DNA of 64,000 nucleotides from a virus (lineage: Duplodnaviria; Heunggongvirae; Uroviricota; Caudoviricetes): IMG/VR virus record IMGVR_UViG_3300014205_006828, positions 64,001 to 128,000 of that record; one strand, given 5' to 3'. Made by a program: the position numbers and the translations under genes. Below are positions 9,190 to 18,668 of this stretch, piece by piece (position 1 is the stretch's first letter; each line of letters begins with the position of its first letter). Under the pieces are notes generated by a model. That model saw only the letters and a program-made list of their open reading frames with translations, searched no databases and had not been told where the DNA came from.

Positions 9190-10347
9190 TTACTTCCTTA
9201 GTATTTCGTTCTTGATTGATCTTAGATGGAACATTATTCTATTGAGCTTGGTTTGAGGTGGCAGCTTGACTTCGATAGCTTTCAGGTCATCAAGCAACGA
9301 AGGCGAATCTGTTAATTTTGCCATCTTCTCATTGGCCATGAACATAACTTCAACATCAGTAACCTTCCTATCCCGATGTGAGAAAGGTAGGGCATGAGAC
9401 GTGAGAGCAGCAACACCACGCTTGCCTTTATCATTGGCATTCGGCTTTGGTGCGAGAGGCGACCTAACATTCGCAAAGCGCTTATCGTACGCCTCAACGG
9501 CCTTCTTGTACTCGGCAACTACCTCAAAAGCATTTTTGACATTGCGCGGCTTCTGGTAACCATCAATCACCTTTGGTTTACCATCAACAATGATTGTAGT
9601 GTAACCGTCTGGTTCTGCACGCCGAAAGACTCCTGGATAAATCTTCCTACGAAATTCAGCTTCTGCCTTGGTATTTGGGCTAGGAACTTTCAACTCTCGC
9701 AAGGGTAGATCAATTGGAGTTACCAACTTTCCTTCTACGGTTATCTTTAGTTGCTTTTTTGGTGGCAATGGCTTTTTTGGTGGCAATGGTTCAGCCATGT
9801 CTTTAGCTATTAACGGATCTATTCCTGCACGAATCAGAGCCTTTTCATATTGGTCAGTACCCTTGGCAACCACAGTCACATCTTTCGGAAGGCTGATTCG
9901 ATTCACCTTTCTACCTTCTGGCGTTCGCACTTCTCGCACATCAGCTGTGGGCTTTGTTACCGCATCTGGACCAGTAGCTTTCTTGATTAACTCTTCCAAA
10001 ATACGAGCATCTTCTGCCTCTCTAATAGATTCAGCATTCGACTTATCAATCTCTTCTGCCCGAAGCTTGTTGGCCTCTTGAAGGGCCTCTGGTAAATCCA
10101 GTTTACCAATAGGTATCCGTTGATCGAAGTCTATAATGGGTGGGTGGGTAGGTATGCGGACATATCCATCACACCAATTATTATCACTACCGAATTCCAA
10201 ATCCAATCTGGGCGCGCTATCCGTAAAAACTGCCCAGCTAATCTGTATGGATAGCTTTCCATTGTCCTCTTTGATATCTACATTAGAAACATGTACATTC
10301 TTCGGAATTACGGCATAGATAGCTCTTTTGATAATTTCAATATTCAT
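9190..10347 (-). CDS. Hypothetical Lys/Pro-rich protein (385 aa)
   Basis: Long ORF with SD-like AAAGGA; PLPPKK duplication; three DGY motifs; no recognised domain. Confidence 0.7.
   Translation of the reverse strand: MNIEIIKRAIYAVIPKNVHVSNVDIKEDNGKLSIQISWAVFTDSAPRLDLEFGSDNNWCDGYVRIPTHPPIIDFDQRIPIGKLDLPEALQEANKLRAEEIDKSNAESIREAEDARILEELIKKATGPDAVTKPTADVREVRTPEGRKVNRISLPKDVTVVAKGTDQYEKALIRAGIDPLIAKDMAEPLPPKKPLPPKKQLKITVEGKLVTPIDLPLRELKVPSPNTKAEAEFRRKIYPGVFRRAEPDGYTTIIVDGKPKVIDGYQKPRNVKNAFEVVAEYKKAVEAYDKRFANVRSPLAPKPNANDKGKRGVAALTSHALPFSHRDRKVTDVEVMFMANEKMAKLTDSPSLLDDLKAIEVKLPPQTKLNRIMFHLRSIKNEILRK
9753..9788. repeat. 18-bp in-frame tandem duplication (gcttttttggtggcaatg x2)
   Basis: Read directly from the sequence; encodes LPPKK(P/Q) twice. 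Confidence 0.85.
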
Positions 10348-10491
10348 CTTATCCTTTTGTCAGCAATCATGACCTCATTGGCAAATTATTTACTAAGCCA
10401 GAGTTAGATCTCTTATCTCTTAAATACCCTAAACATTTAGTTTTAAATTCCATCAATTCATCTACACAGTTGTCATAAATGCTTCGAGAAA

Positions 10492-11589
10492 TTAATAATG
10501 ACACAAAAACTCATTCACGGAAGATATCACTATTGATTGCTCTTCCCTAGTTATATCTGGGAAACTCGGTAGCATTATCGAACTTTGAGATATTAAATCT
10601 CCAACTTCATCATTACAAATCCAGACATTACGATTTTCTTTTAGATGAGCATGATACCTCATAGGATAAAACATTGGCCTAATGTCAAACCCTCGACTAT
10701 TAAAGAATGCTTGCTTAACCTCAAATGATTCATTCCTATTAGGGAGTCTAATTCCATACATCCACTTTGAATGGGAACTATCCTTCTCTGTCATTTGTAT
10801 AAGAACATCTTCTCTATTAGAAAAAGCCTCATCATAATAATTCCATATATCAGCTTTTCTATCTAATATTTCATCGGCATACTCTAATTGTCCCCTTAAT
10901 ATCGCCGCTTGAATATTAGTCATCCGATAATTGTATCCCAAGACATCGTGAATATACCTTTGACTTGTTTGCCCTTGACCGCGTAGTCTTTTGGCATAGT
11001 CAGCTAATTCATCATCATTTGTTACAAAAGCGCCACCCTCTCCTGATGTAACTGTTTTGTTACCAAAGAATGATAAAGCTGAGGCCAAGCCTAGGGACGG
11101 AACCTTCTGGCCACCGTAGCTGCCAAATAGCGCTTCACAGGCATCTTCCACCACAGGAATTCCAAATTTAAGAAGTTCTTGGACTGGTAGTGGATTACCA
11201 AGATTATGAACAGCAAGAATGGCCGAATTCTTAAAGTCAACCAGCTTAGCAACATGTTCCACATCGAAGTTCCATGTATTCAGATTTGTTCGAGCCATAT
11301 GCAGGCCGAAATTTTCTTGTAGGAATGCATTCCAGGCAGCAACATAGACCAGATTAGGCACGATAAGTTGGGTAACTTCTGGATGCTTATATTGTAGGCA
11401 TTTAGCTACCAAATGAATAGCGGCCGTTCCATTACATGTAAGAATAACATGTTTTGCACCAGTCCTTTCTGCAAGCTGTTCTTCCACGATAGTATTGTTG
11501 TCGTGCATAATGAGCCAACAATCCTCCAGCGCCTTCAGTGCATAGTTCTTGGAGTTTTTTGGCCAAAACGGTTTGTAGATAGGAATCAT
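10492..11589 (-). CDS. DegT/DnrJ/EryC1/StrS PLP-dependent sugar aminotransferase, perosamine-synthase-like
   Basis: NGTAAIHL, VVEDACEA, SFFGNKTVTSGEGG (PLP lysine loop), GYNYRMTNIQAAIL, DIRPMFYP. Confidence 0.92.
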   Translation of the reverse strand: MIPIYKPFWPKNSKNYALKALEDCWLIMHDNNTIVEEQLAERTGAKHVILTCNGTAAIHLVAKCLQYKHPEVTQLIVPNLVYVAAWNAFLQENFGLHMARTNLNTWNFDVEHVAKLVDFKNSAILAVHNLGNPLPVQELLKFGIPVVEDACEALFGSYGGQKVPSLGLASALSFFGNKTVTSGEGGAFVTNDDELADYAKRLRGQGQTSQRYIHDVLGYNYRMTNIQAAILRGQLEYADEILDRKADIWNYYDEAFSNREDVLIQMTEKDSSHSKWMYGIRLPNRNESFEVKQAFFNSRGFDIRPMFYPMRYHAHLKENRNVWICNDEVGDLISQSSIMLPSFPDITREEQSIVISSVNEFLCHY

Positions 11590-11615
11590 AGTTCAATATA
11601 TAACGTGTACTAGTC

Positions 11616-12569
11616 TCAAAATTTTGATGGTAGATGCTCTCTAATCAAATCAATCACCCTATGATCAGATACGTCATGCGATATGATTTTTGCCAGAACA
11701 GGAGGGGTGAATTGATGAGTCCAAATTGCTTCACTAGGCTTCAGAGTAGTGAAGGCCAAAAATGTCTTCGGATTATCCCAATAGTTTTGGCGATTTACCG
11801 CGAAACTGTAAGCTCCAGAACAGCGCCCTAAAATCAATGAGCAATGACCAGCCAAATACGCATTTTCATTTAGATCACACCCAACCTTCTGGATAATATC
11901 TGATGTCATGAATGTATTCGGCATTGGTTTGTAATTTGCCTCGGTATTAGAAATTAAAAAATCAATATAATCATACTCTTGTGCCAGTTTATGTATGATT
12001 TCAGAAAAGGAGAAATTTGTAGCCTGCCCAGATAAAGCACTTCCATTCGAGACGAAGACTAATGGACGAGAGCGGCTTCCCAACCATTCTTTTGCCTTAC
12101 CAATCGCAAAATGTTCAAAATTAATGTTCGGGAATAGTTCAATTCCGGAAATGGTATCCAGATCAATATCTAACCATTTAGCCGACTCCTTGAAATTCAT
12201 GTATAAACAATCAAATGTAAGATTGTACTTTTGAAAGTTATTCATATCTGCACAATACCAAGTATTGATGAATAAAACATTACCAACTATTGAACTTGGA
12301 AAATGAGCATGTAGACCGTAACGATTTGGTACATGAGTAAGATTTTTTATATCTGCTAATAGAGAAGAACCATTCCCATGACAATATTCACATGGTATAT
12401 TTCTCTTGGCACAAATATCAGATATAGCTCCGACCAAGCTCCTACTCACATGTATATCTCCATTGTGATATGTATTAAAGAAGATAACCTTTTTTATCAT
12501 ATAACAATCCACCCTGGAGGAATAAGATCTGTTATGGGATTTGATTTTTTTAATTTTGAACCAAACCAA
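11616..12569 (-). CDS. Putative GT-B fold (GT9-like) glycosyltransferase; start probably the internal MIKKVIFF
   Basis: N-terminal FFNTYHNGDIHVSR and C-terminal LILGRCSGAYSFA resemble the GD and 'ig.dSG..h.A' motifs of GT9-like proteins; lies in the glycosylation cluster. Confidence 0.5.
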   Translation of the reverse strand: MVWFKIKKIKSHNRSYSSRVDCYMIKKVIFFNTYHNGDIHVSRSLVGAISDICAKRNIPCEYCHGNGSSLLADIKNLTHVPNRYGLHAHFPSSIVGNVLFINTWYCADMNNFQKYNLTFDCLYMNFKESAKWLDIDLDTISGIELFPNINFEHFAIGKAKEWLGSRSRPLVFVSNGSALSGQATNFSFSEIIHKLAQEYDYIDFLISNTEANYKPMPNTFMTSDIIQKVGCDLNENAYLAGHCSLILGRCSGAYSFAVNRQNYWDNPKTFLAFTTLKPSEAIWTHQFTPPVLAKIISHDVSDHRVIDLIREHLPSKF

Positions 12570-13195
12570 TTACTAGGCGCTACAACTACTTTACCAACTC
12601 TTGAACTAAGCCAGGCTGGCCACCAAGAGAACGAACTATTGGCAATGATGAAATGAGAACAATTAACCATTCTTCGAAAATCAGAGGTTACAGAAGAAGT
12701 TTCATTTACAGTAAATTCATTACCAGTAAAGTTCTGTTTGCACCAAGCAACATCATCTGAAAATACCATGAATTTCTTCACAGGAATCTTTTCGACAGCA
12801 CTCATATAATACTGCATTGTTTGAATTGGGTGATGTTCTGGATACCTCAAATAATCTCCGCGTCTAACGTGAATACAGCAATATTCTTTTAAATCTTCTT
12901 CTGGAATTGGGGAAAGCATTTTCCTTATGTAATCCTGACAATTCTCAAAATATTTCCAGCTTTGAAAGTACCCAGATAGAGAACAACTATCTTGAAATGG
13001 TATGTTTGAATAGACGTATCGAGGTTCTTTGAAATAAGTTGACACTCGGATGGATGACTTGTCTACGAAACAATCTTCTGGTATATTTGTGAGAGATTGA
13101 TATTCCCATTTAGGGAAACAAAATGGTACGTTGTACTTCTTTGCATATCCGATAGTGGTAGCTATCTGAAATAATGCATTGCCCAGCACGACCAT
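12497..13195 (-). CDS. GT11 alpha-1,2-fucosyltransferase-family protein; true N-terminus appears to lie in another frame from 13226
   Basis: LGNALFQ, LSGYFQSWKYF, CIHVRRGDY, FSDDVAWCK, HFIIANSSFSWW, VVVAPSNWF. Confidence 0.9.
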   Translation of the reverse strand: MVVLGNALFQIATTIGYAKKYNVPFCFPKWEYQSLTNIPEDCFVDKSSIRVSTYFKEPRYVYSNIPFQDSCSLSGYFQSWKYFENCQDYIRKMLSPIPEEDLKEYCCIHVRRGDYLRYPEHHPIQTMQYYMSAVEKIPVKKFMVFSDDVAWCKQNFTGNEFTVNETSSVTSDFRRMVNCSHFIIANSSFSWWPAWLSSRVGKVVVAPSNWFGSKLKKSNPITDLIPPGWIVI

Positions 13196-13206
13196 GATTT
13201 CCTAAT

Positions 13207-14178
13207 TCATAAAACGTTGCGCACATTCATACTCCTAATTTCCTGGTATTTATCATATTTTCTTTTGAGAAATAACTTGGCATCATAATACATCCAATTA
13301 CATACAGCCACTACATCTATATATCTTCTAATTCTGATACGAAAAATATTTCGATCTTTTGAAATTTGCGTACAAACTCCAATGGAATTTTTCAGTACAA
13401 ATTCCAAATCAGAGCACATGTTATATGTGCCACATATATCAAAAGACGCATTATTTCTATTCCGATCAATATAAAGACAGCCATCTCCATCAAAATAACC
13501 TCTAACAAAGTGACTTCTCAAGTTTTGAGGTAACCAGAATGGAAAACTTAATCTCCATGTTTTTCTTGGAATTACGCCGTGTCTTATAAAATTATCTTTT
13601 GTGCGTTTATTGATTATTTTTAGGGCCAGTTGATTTTCTGCCCTTGGATTTTTTGGTCTATCTTTGTATAATGGTCCATTTATTCCAAATTCGTATTTTA
13701 TATCATTTAAAATATGAACATCAGAGGCTTTTAATTTTAAAGTAATTTGATTAAGTTTACGGTTTACATTTCCATCAGCATACAATAAACCAAGAAAATA
13801 AGCTTTATTTGGAGTGTCTATAGTATCAAAATATTCATTAATCTCGTACTTATTAAATTTATTTACGTAATTATATTGTTCGGTAGCCTTAATGTTATTT
13901 GATTTTAAAACTCGCCATACTTGAGTAACTGGAATTGATAAAGTTAAAGAAATATCCTGTATTGAATTATTTGAAATATACAAACGTATTATATTCTCAG
14001 ATTGAGCATTATATAAAGACATTTTAGTCTTAGTTTTAAGGCCAAGGCTTTTGAATCTTCTAAATAATGTTTCTCTTGAAACTGAATATTTTTTCGACAA
14101 ATAACTGACAGATACTCCACGACAATGTTCTGAATATATTGTGTAAATATCTAGCTCTATTTTAGCGCCCATTCTCAC
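13207..14178 (-). CDS. Free-standing double-motif LAGLIDADG homing endonuclease with N-terminal HTH-like repeats
   Basis: KAYFLGLLYADGNV and HFVRGYFDGDGCL; AT-rich; GTGA start/stop overlap with the upstream GT2 gene. Confidence 0.88.
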   Translation of the reverse strand: MRMGAKIELDIYTIYSEHCRGVSVSYLSKKYSVSRETLFRRFKSLGLKTKTKMSLYNAQSENIIRLYISNNSIQDISLTLSIPVTQVWRVLKSNNIKATEQYNYVNKFNKYEINEYFDTIDTPNKAYFLGLLYADGNVNRKLNQITLKLKASDVHILNDIKYEFGINGPLYKDRPKNPRAENQLALKIINKRTKDNFIRHGVIPRKTWRLSFPFWLPQNLRSHFVRGYFDGDGCLYIDRNRNNASFDICGTYNMCSDLEFVLKNSIGVCTQISKDRNIFRIRIRRYIDVVAVCNWMYYDAKLFLKRKYDKYQEIRSMNVRNVL

Positions 14179-14939
14179 CTCTCTAATATTCTCTGATATG
14201 GATGCATTGACCGTATTTTCCTTTCCAATTCAATCTGTAAGTTTCTATTTATCTTACCGTCATTGATTGGAGATGTGTAATTATACTCATACAGAATATC
14301 TGGAATGAACGATTGTTTCGGACCAGCCATCTCCAGCATCGGGAACATAGCTGCCAAATCACCAGACATCTTTAGCCATTGACCATTGTGCATCAAATCC
14401 TCTGGACGAATTTTCTTGTATAACCAAGCATAAAATGTTCGCAGGTGAGAAGAGCACCACCTGTAGCGCCTAAACGCCCCTGCCTCGATAATTTCCCTGG
14501 GGATCTGGTAAGAACAACCGATCTCTCGATCATGGTGAGAGATATATTGCCCGTAGGTCATCCATATCCCTTTGTCGTACTCCTCACTAAGCCTGGATAG
14601 GACATTCGTATTTTCCAGCCAATCATCACCATCCAACATCACAATGATTTCATCATCATCGCAGCTATGAACCATGTTGTAGATGTTATGCACCGCGTAC
14701 AAACGCTCTGTATTACGAACCAAGGTGACACGCTTATCTTTGTCCTTCTCGGCTAACAATCTATCAACTTCATCGGCAGTTCCATCGGTAGAGCAATCAT
14801 CAGAATAAATTGCTCTGAAATGAGGATACTCCTGGGTCAAAACTGACATCAAGGTCTTTTCACACCAAATACGATTTTGATAGCTTGGGATTACAATTAC
14901 AAAATGATTCATATCATCCTTTAATATACAATGCATCAC
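14175..14939 (-). CDS. GT2-family glycosyltransferase
   Basis: FVIVIPSYQN, SDDCSTDGT, DxD in MLDGDDWL, GDLAAMFPMLEMAG. Confidence 0.9.
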   Translation of the reverse strand: MMHCILKDDMNHFVIVIPSYQNRIWCEKTLMSVLTQEYPHFRAIYSDDCSTDGTADEVDRLLAEKDKDKRVTLVRNTERLYAVHNIYNMVHSCDDDEIIVMLDGDDWLENTNVLSRLSEEYDKGIWMTYGQYISHHDREIGCSYQIPREIIEAGAFRRYRWCSSHLRTFYAWLYKKIRPEDLMHNGQWLKMSGDLAAMFPMLEMAGPKQSFIPDILYEYNYTSPINDGKINRNLQIELERKIRSMHPYQRILER

Positions 14940-15525
14940 CCCAAGTTACACCATCCCACCACGTATCAACGCGCTTAAACTTATACTCGCCTAAGAAGTT
15001 ATCTATATCTTCCACCATAGCGCAGCCTTTATACAACTCGGCCCTATTAACCTCTGCATAGACATAATCTATATTTTTTAGTGTCTCAACTCCCCCTTTG
15101 AAAACTTCCAGTTCGTATCCTTGAACATCAATATTGATGAAGTTATATAGCTGGAAATCAAGTGGTAGCAAATCTAACTTAGTAACATCCACTTCAACTT
15201 TACTATTGAATATGATATTTGGATACTGATTTAGATGTTTTTTAGGTTGCAATAATGAAGATGATTGCCCCTGATTAGCTTCTTCTGTAAACATCTCTGT
15301 TTTCCCTTCAAAGTTACCAAGCGCGGTATTGAATAGCAAACATTCCACACCAACATTTTGAGAAAGGATTCCAAAGACTTTTGGTTGAGGCTCTACAAAT
15401 ACTATATTGGTAAGCCCAAAGTTTTTATAAGAAGAGTATTCTTGACCATAATGACCGCCGATATGAATTACGCCACGAATCTTCAAATCAAACTCATAAA
15501 CAAGAGCACGAATAGGCTTGAGCAT
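14914..15525 (-). CDS. FkbM-family SAM-dependent methyltransferase (start trimmed to MLKPIRAL)
   Basis: GVIHIGGHYGQE, FVEP, INIDVQGYELEVFKG, VYAEVN, WGDALY. The longer track start at 15681 overlaps the divergent GT10 gene. Confidence 0.9.
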   Translation of the reverse strand: MLKPIRALVYEFDLKIRGVIHIGGHYGQEYSSYKNFGLTNIVFVEPQPKVFGILSQNVGVECLLFNTALGNFEGKTEMFTEEANQGQSSSLLQPKKHLNQYPNIIFNSKVEVDVTKLDLLPLDFQLYNFINIDVQGYELEVFKGGVETLKNIDYVYAEVNRAELYKGCAMVEDIDNFLGEYKFKRVDTWWDGVTWGDALYIKG

Positions 15526-15533
15526 AAACTCTT

Positions 15534-15541
15534 GATATATC
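15534..15541. promoter_or_regulatory. Palindromic GATATATC between divergent starts; candidate bidirectional phage promoter element
   Basis: The only sequence between the ATGs at 15525 (-) and 15549 (+) is 23 bp. It gives GATATAT on both strands, 9 and 8 nt before the two start codons. Confidence 0.5.
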
Positions 15542-15548
15542 CACGAAT

Positions 15549-16466
15549 ATGTGCAAAGAAGTAAATATTGTATACTACGCCAGGCAAAGTAGAACTCTTG
15601 AATACGAAGGCGAAGAAGGTAAAGTATGGATGTCAAATTGCCGCGATCCATCGATGCCAAACATATTTTTTGGAGATGCAAAAGATCCTCAATCAGAAGA
15701 CAGTATTGTTGTTTTAGAACCGATAGTTACCACTCCATCACACTACGATCTAAACTACCTTTCGAAATTCAAAACGGTATTTAGCTGGGCGAATAAATTC
15801 TTTGAAACCTCGGCGATCAAGGATAAATTTGTACCAATCAACTGCGGTTCCGAACTATGTGATTCTAGGGTGACTAATGTAAAACTGACATGGCCAACAT
15901 GGGAAGAACGTATTAATGGTGTAGTTATTATATCTTGTAATAAAACCTCTACACATCAAGCGTCTATATATTGTCTTAGGGAAATGTTAGCAGATCTATT
16001 TTATGAAAATGGATTTGTAGTTGATTGGTTTGGCCATAGCAATCCAGGTAATAGATATTACCGTGGGTCTATTCCTGAAAAGATAAGAGTTCTATCTAGG
16101 TATAGGTTTGGTATATGTACCGAAAATACCTATGACCCAATATATTCGCACAACTATTTTACAGAAAAACCATTACACGTAATGTATAGTGGTACAGTCC
16201 CTTTATATCTGGGGGCATATAACGTTGATGATATACTTCCCAAAGATACGTTCTTTGATCTAAGAAACTTTGTCATCAAAAAACCAAACCAATCCCCAAT
16301 ACTACTTAAAGAACCACTAATGGAAGCAATACGAACATTCTCAAATGAAAAATTTAATCAATTCACCATTGCAGCAACTAAATGCTTGAATGATCCAATG
16401 GGAATCTTCTACCAGACAAGTATGCCGAGATGCTATAAAACTATACTTGAAACTCTATGTCGCTAA
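15549..16466 (+). CDS. GT10 alpha-1,3/4-fucosyltransferase-family protein
   Basis: GT10 motif YRFGICTENT...NYFTEK...SGTVPLYLGA; only plus-strand gene in the cluster. Confidence 0.85.
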   Translation: MCKEVNIVYYARQSRTLEYEGEEGKVWMSNCRDPSMPNIFFGDAKDPQSEDSIVVLEPIVTTPSHYDLNYLSKFKTVFSWANKFFETSAIKDKFVPINCGSELCDSRVTNVKLTWPTWEERINGVVIISCNKTSTHQASIYCLREMLADLFYENGFVVDWFGHSNPGNRYYRGSIPEKIRVLSRYRFGICTENTYDPIYSHNYFTEKPLHVMYSGTVPLYLGAYNVDDILPKDTFFDLRNFVIKKPNQSPILLKEPLMEAIRTFSNEKFNQFTIAATKCLNDPMGIFYQTSMPRCYKTILETLCR

Positions 16467-17123
16467 GATATTTGTTGTAGAGGTATCTATTTGATCATAC
16501 AAAAACAAATCATTATCACCAGATAAGCTTTGTATTTTATACCCATATCCTGTAAGTATTTCTAAAATATCCGATACATCATATCCAGAATCATTTGCTG
16601 TAGTTATTCCGTATTCTAATAATAATACAGGTTTGTGAGTTAGGGTATTAGAGGCTCCTTGTAGGATATGCTTCTCAACTCCCTCAACGTCCATTTTGAT
16701 TATAGTAGGTGGAAGTAAGTTTAAGTAATCAATCACATGATCTAGAGTATCTAATTGAATATTTTCAACTCCAACATATCTTAAAACATTCACATTTCTT
16801 CTAAACAGAGAATTACAACCAGAAACATTATAGAGGTTTATTTCATGTTCACCAAACTCATTAAATAGGCCTAATTTAATCGGTTTCACGTTTGGAAAAT
16901 TTGATGTATTTTCACACAATACTGAAAAAGTTTTCGTGACAGGTTCAAATGAATATATCTGCTTACACACACCAGCTAACCTAACGGAATAATATCCATA
17001 ATTTGCTCCAATATCATAAAATACAGAATTACAATCAACCAATCTTTGTAAATGGTAATATACATTTTTCTCGCAATATTCTCCATTAGAAAAAAACTGC
17101 TTCATATCGTCTGGTATTTCCAT
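16455..17123 (-). CDS. FkbM-family methyltransferase
   Basis: FYDIGANYGYYS, SFEP, TLDH, IKMDVEGVEKHILQGA. Confidence 0.92.
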   Translation of the reverse strand: MEIPDDMKQFFSNGEYCEKNVYYHLQRLVDCNSVFYDIGANYGYYSVRLAGVCKQIYSFEPVTKTFSVLCENTSNFPNVKPIKLGLFNEFGEHEINLYNVSGCNSLFRRNVNVLRYVGVENIQLDTLDHVIDYLNLLPPTIIKMDVEGVEKHILQGASNTLTHKPVLLLEYGITTANDSGYDVSDILEILTGYGYKIQSLSGDNDLFLYDQIDTSTTNILAT

Positions 17124-17124
17124 A

Positions 17125-17784
17125 TTATTCCTTTGTTATTGTTACATAGATAAGATTTGAGTGATATTTAAAATCATCAACCATACCAATTCTAAGATAG
17201 CTTCCTTTAACCCACTCATCTCCATAATCCCTAATTACAGAACCATGAACATGATAAGATCGTATTTTTTTAGATGGATTAATTACCTTCAATCCTGAGC
17301 GGTGAAGTTCATATGCAAATTTTCCATCACAGCCAAGAATTCCAAGATAGAAATTTATATCACTTACTATTATTGGAGGATGAAAAATCCAAGCATCGAA
17401 CGACATGCCGTCACTCTCAATCCATGGACGAACATGCCATGGACCATTGCCACTTACAGCAGGAAACCATCGAGTAAGGCAAAAAGCCACCCCTGGTTCC
17501 GGTATTGCCAATGAATCATCAAAAAAGATATCTGAATTAGCAATCGCAACTGGACCAGATAATGTATTTGCGTAATCAACAAGTACCTTAAAAGTAGGCC
17601 GCGAATCTACTTTAAAAACACACACATTACCTATATTCTTTACAAAATCAACAACAGATTCATCCTCTGTTACCACATGAATGGAGTCAATTAATACATT
17701 TGCTGAGTTTTTGGTTAGGGCAAATAAAAATTCCTTATTACGCTCGTTGCGTTTGGATAATACGAATGATGTTACGATGATCAT
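17125..17784 (-). CDS. Putative GT-A-like protein (DxD type)
   Basis: AIANSDIFFD, CLTRW, SFDAWIF, LGILGCDGKFAYEL, HVH; lies in the glycosylation cluster; family not assigned. Confidence 0.5.
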   Translation of the reverse strand: MIIVTSFVLSKRNERNKEFLFALTKNSANVLIDSIHVVTEDESVVDFVKNIGNVCVFKVDSRPTFKVLVDYANTLSGPVAIANSDIFFDDSLAIPEPGVAFCLTRWFPAVSGNGPWHVRPWIESDGMSFDAWIFHPPIIVSDINFYLGILGCDGKFAYELHRSGLKVINPSKKIRSYHVHGSVIRDYGDEWVKGSYLRIGMVDDFKYHSNLIYVTITKE

Positions 17785-18537
17785 TTAATCCTTAAATGGA
17801 ATATAAATTGGCTTGCGTTTCTGCATATACAAGCCGCAGTTTCTTTGAAATACTCCTACAAGGTCATTATGCTGCTGGGTTTTGAATTTACGATACTCAT
17901 TGACCTCATTATTGTCTTCGCCCAAGTGAATGCCCATCTGCTTGACATAGCCTAATTTGAAACCGGCAACTCTGGCACGTATTCCAAAATCACTATCTTC
18001 TAACCCATATTTATTATACTCGGTATTGAAGAATCCGATCATTTGATGTAATTGCTTTCGAAATACCATACAGGCCGTTCCTAGATTTCCAGCTGGCTTA
18101 TCTTGGAACGTGCAATCATTCAATGTTACCAAAGGATATGGTTTTGGTTCGAAGTTCACTCCTATAGCTCCGTAGCTTTTGTTAGCCTGGAGAATTTTGA
18201 TACTATCTTCCAACCAACTTTTCGGCATCTGTACATCATTATCAATTGAACAGTACCAAATTGGTTTCATCTCATCAGCCTTCTTGAGTGCCAGATTGCG
18301 CCCGATGGCAATTCCTTTATTCTCTGGAAGAAAAATCTTATGAAACTCTTGAAGAGGGGCACTGTTGTAGACACCCACAATATTTTCAAGGTATTCCACA
18401 GTCCCATCCTTGGACCCATTATCCACTACAACCAAAGAAAACGGATGCTCGGTACTGGTTAGTAAAGCTTCTATAGTCTTCTTGGTAAGATCAAGTCGAT
18501 CATATGTTACCATCATTAAAACAGTGTCAGTTTTCAT
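17785..18537 (-). CDS. GT2-family glycosyltransferase (start trimmed to MKTDTVL)
   Basis: VVVDNGSKDGT, ENKGIAIGRN, SIDNDV, YGLEDSDFGIR; AAAGGA upstream of the ATG at 18537. Confidence 0.88.
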   Translation of the reverse strand: MKTDTVLMMVTYDRLDLTKKTIEALLTSTEHPFSLVVVDNGSKDGTVEYLENIVGVYNSAPLQEFHKIFLPENKGIAIGRNLALKKADEMKPIWYCSIDNDVQMPKSWLEDSIKILQANKSYGAIGVNFEPKPYPLVTLNDCTFQDKPAGNLGTACMVFRKQLHQMIGFFNTEYNKYGLEDSDFGIRARVAGFKLGYVKQMGIHLGEDNNEVNEYRKFKTQQHNDLVGVFQRNCGLYMQKRKPIYIPFKD

Positions 18538-18668
18538 TATTTTTCCTTTCATTTGGGCAATAACCATAAGAGCCGGTAATGTGATTCGCCACAACTCTGG
18601 TGAATAATTCTACGATTCTGAGAACTGTATTTTTTGCTTAGAAAATATTCCCTATACAGAGGCATCGT

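Noticed and set aside
13207-14178. LAGLIDADG ORF as part of a group I intron
   Set aside because: The upstream GT2 is complete and coupled by a GTGA overlap, and the GT11 start lies at the ORF's 3' end, so no split exon pair is evident.
15526-16470. Invertible segment carrying GT10
   Set aside because: No inverted repeats at the flanks and no invertase in the window.
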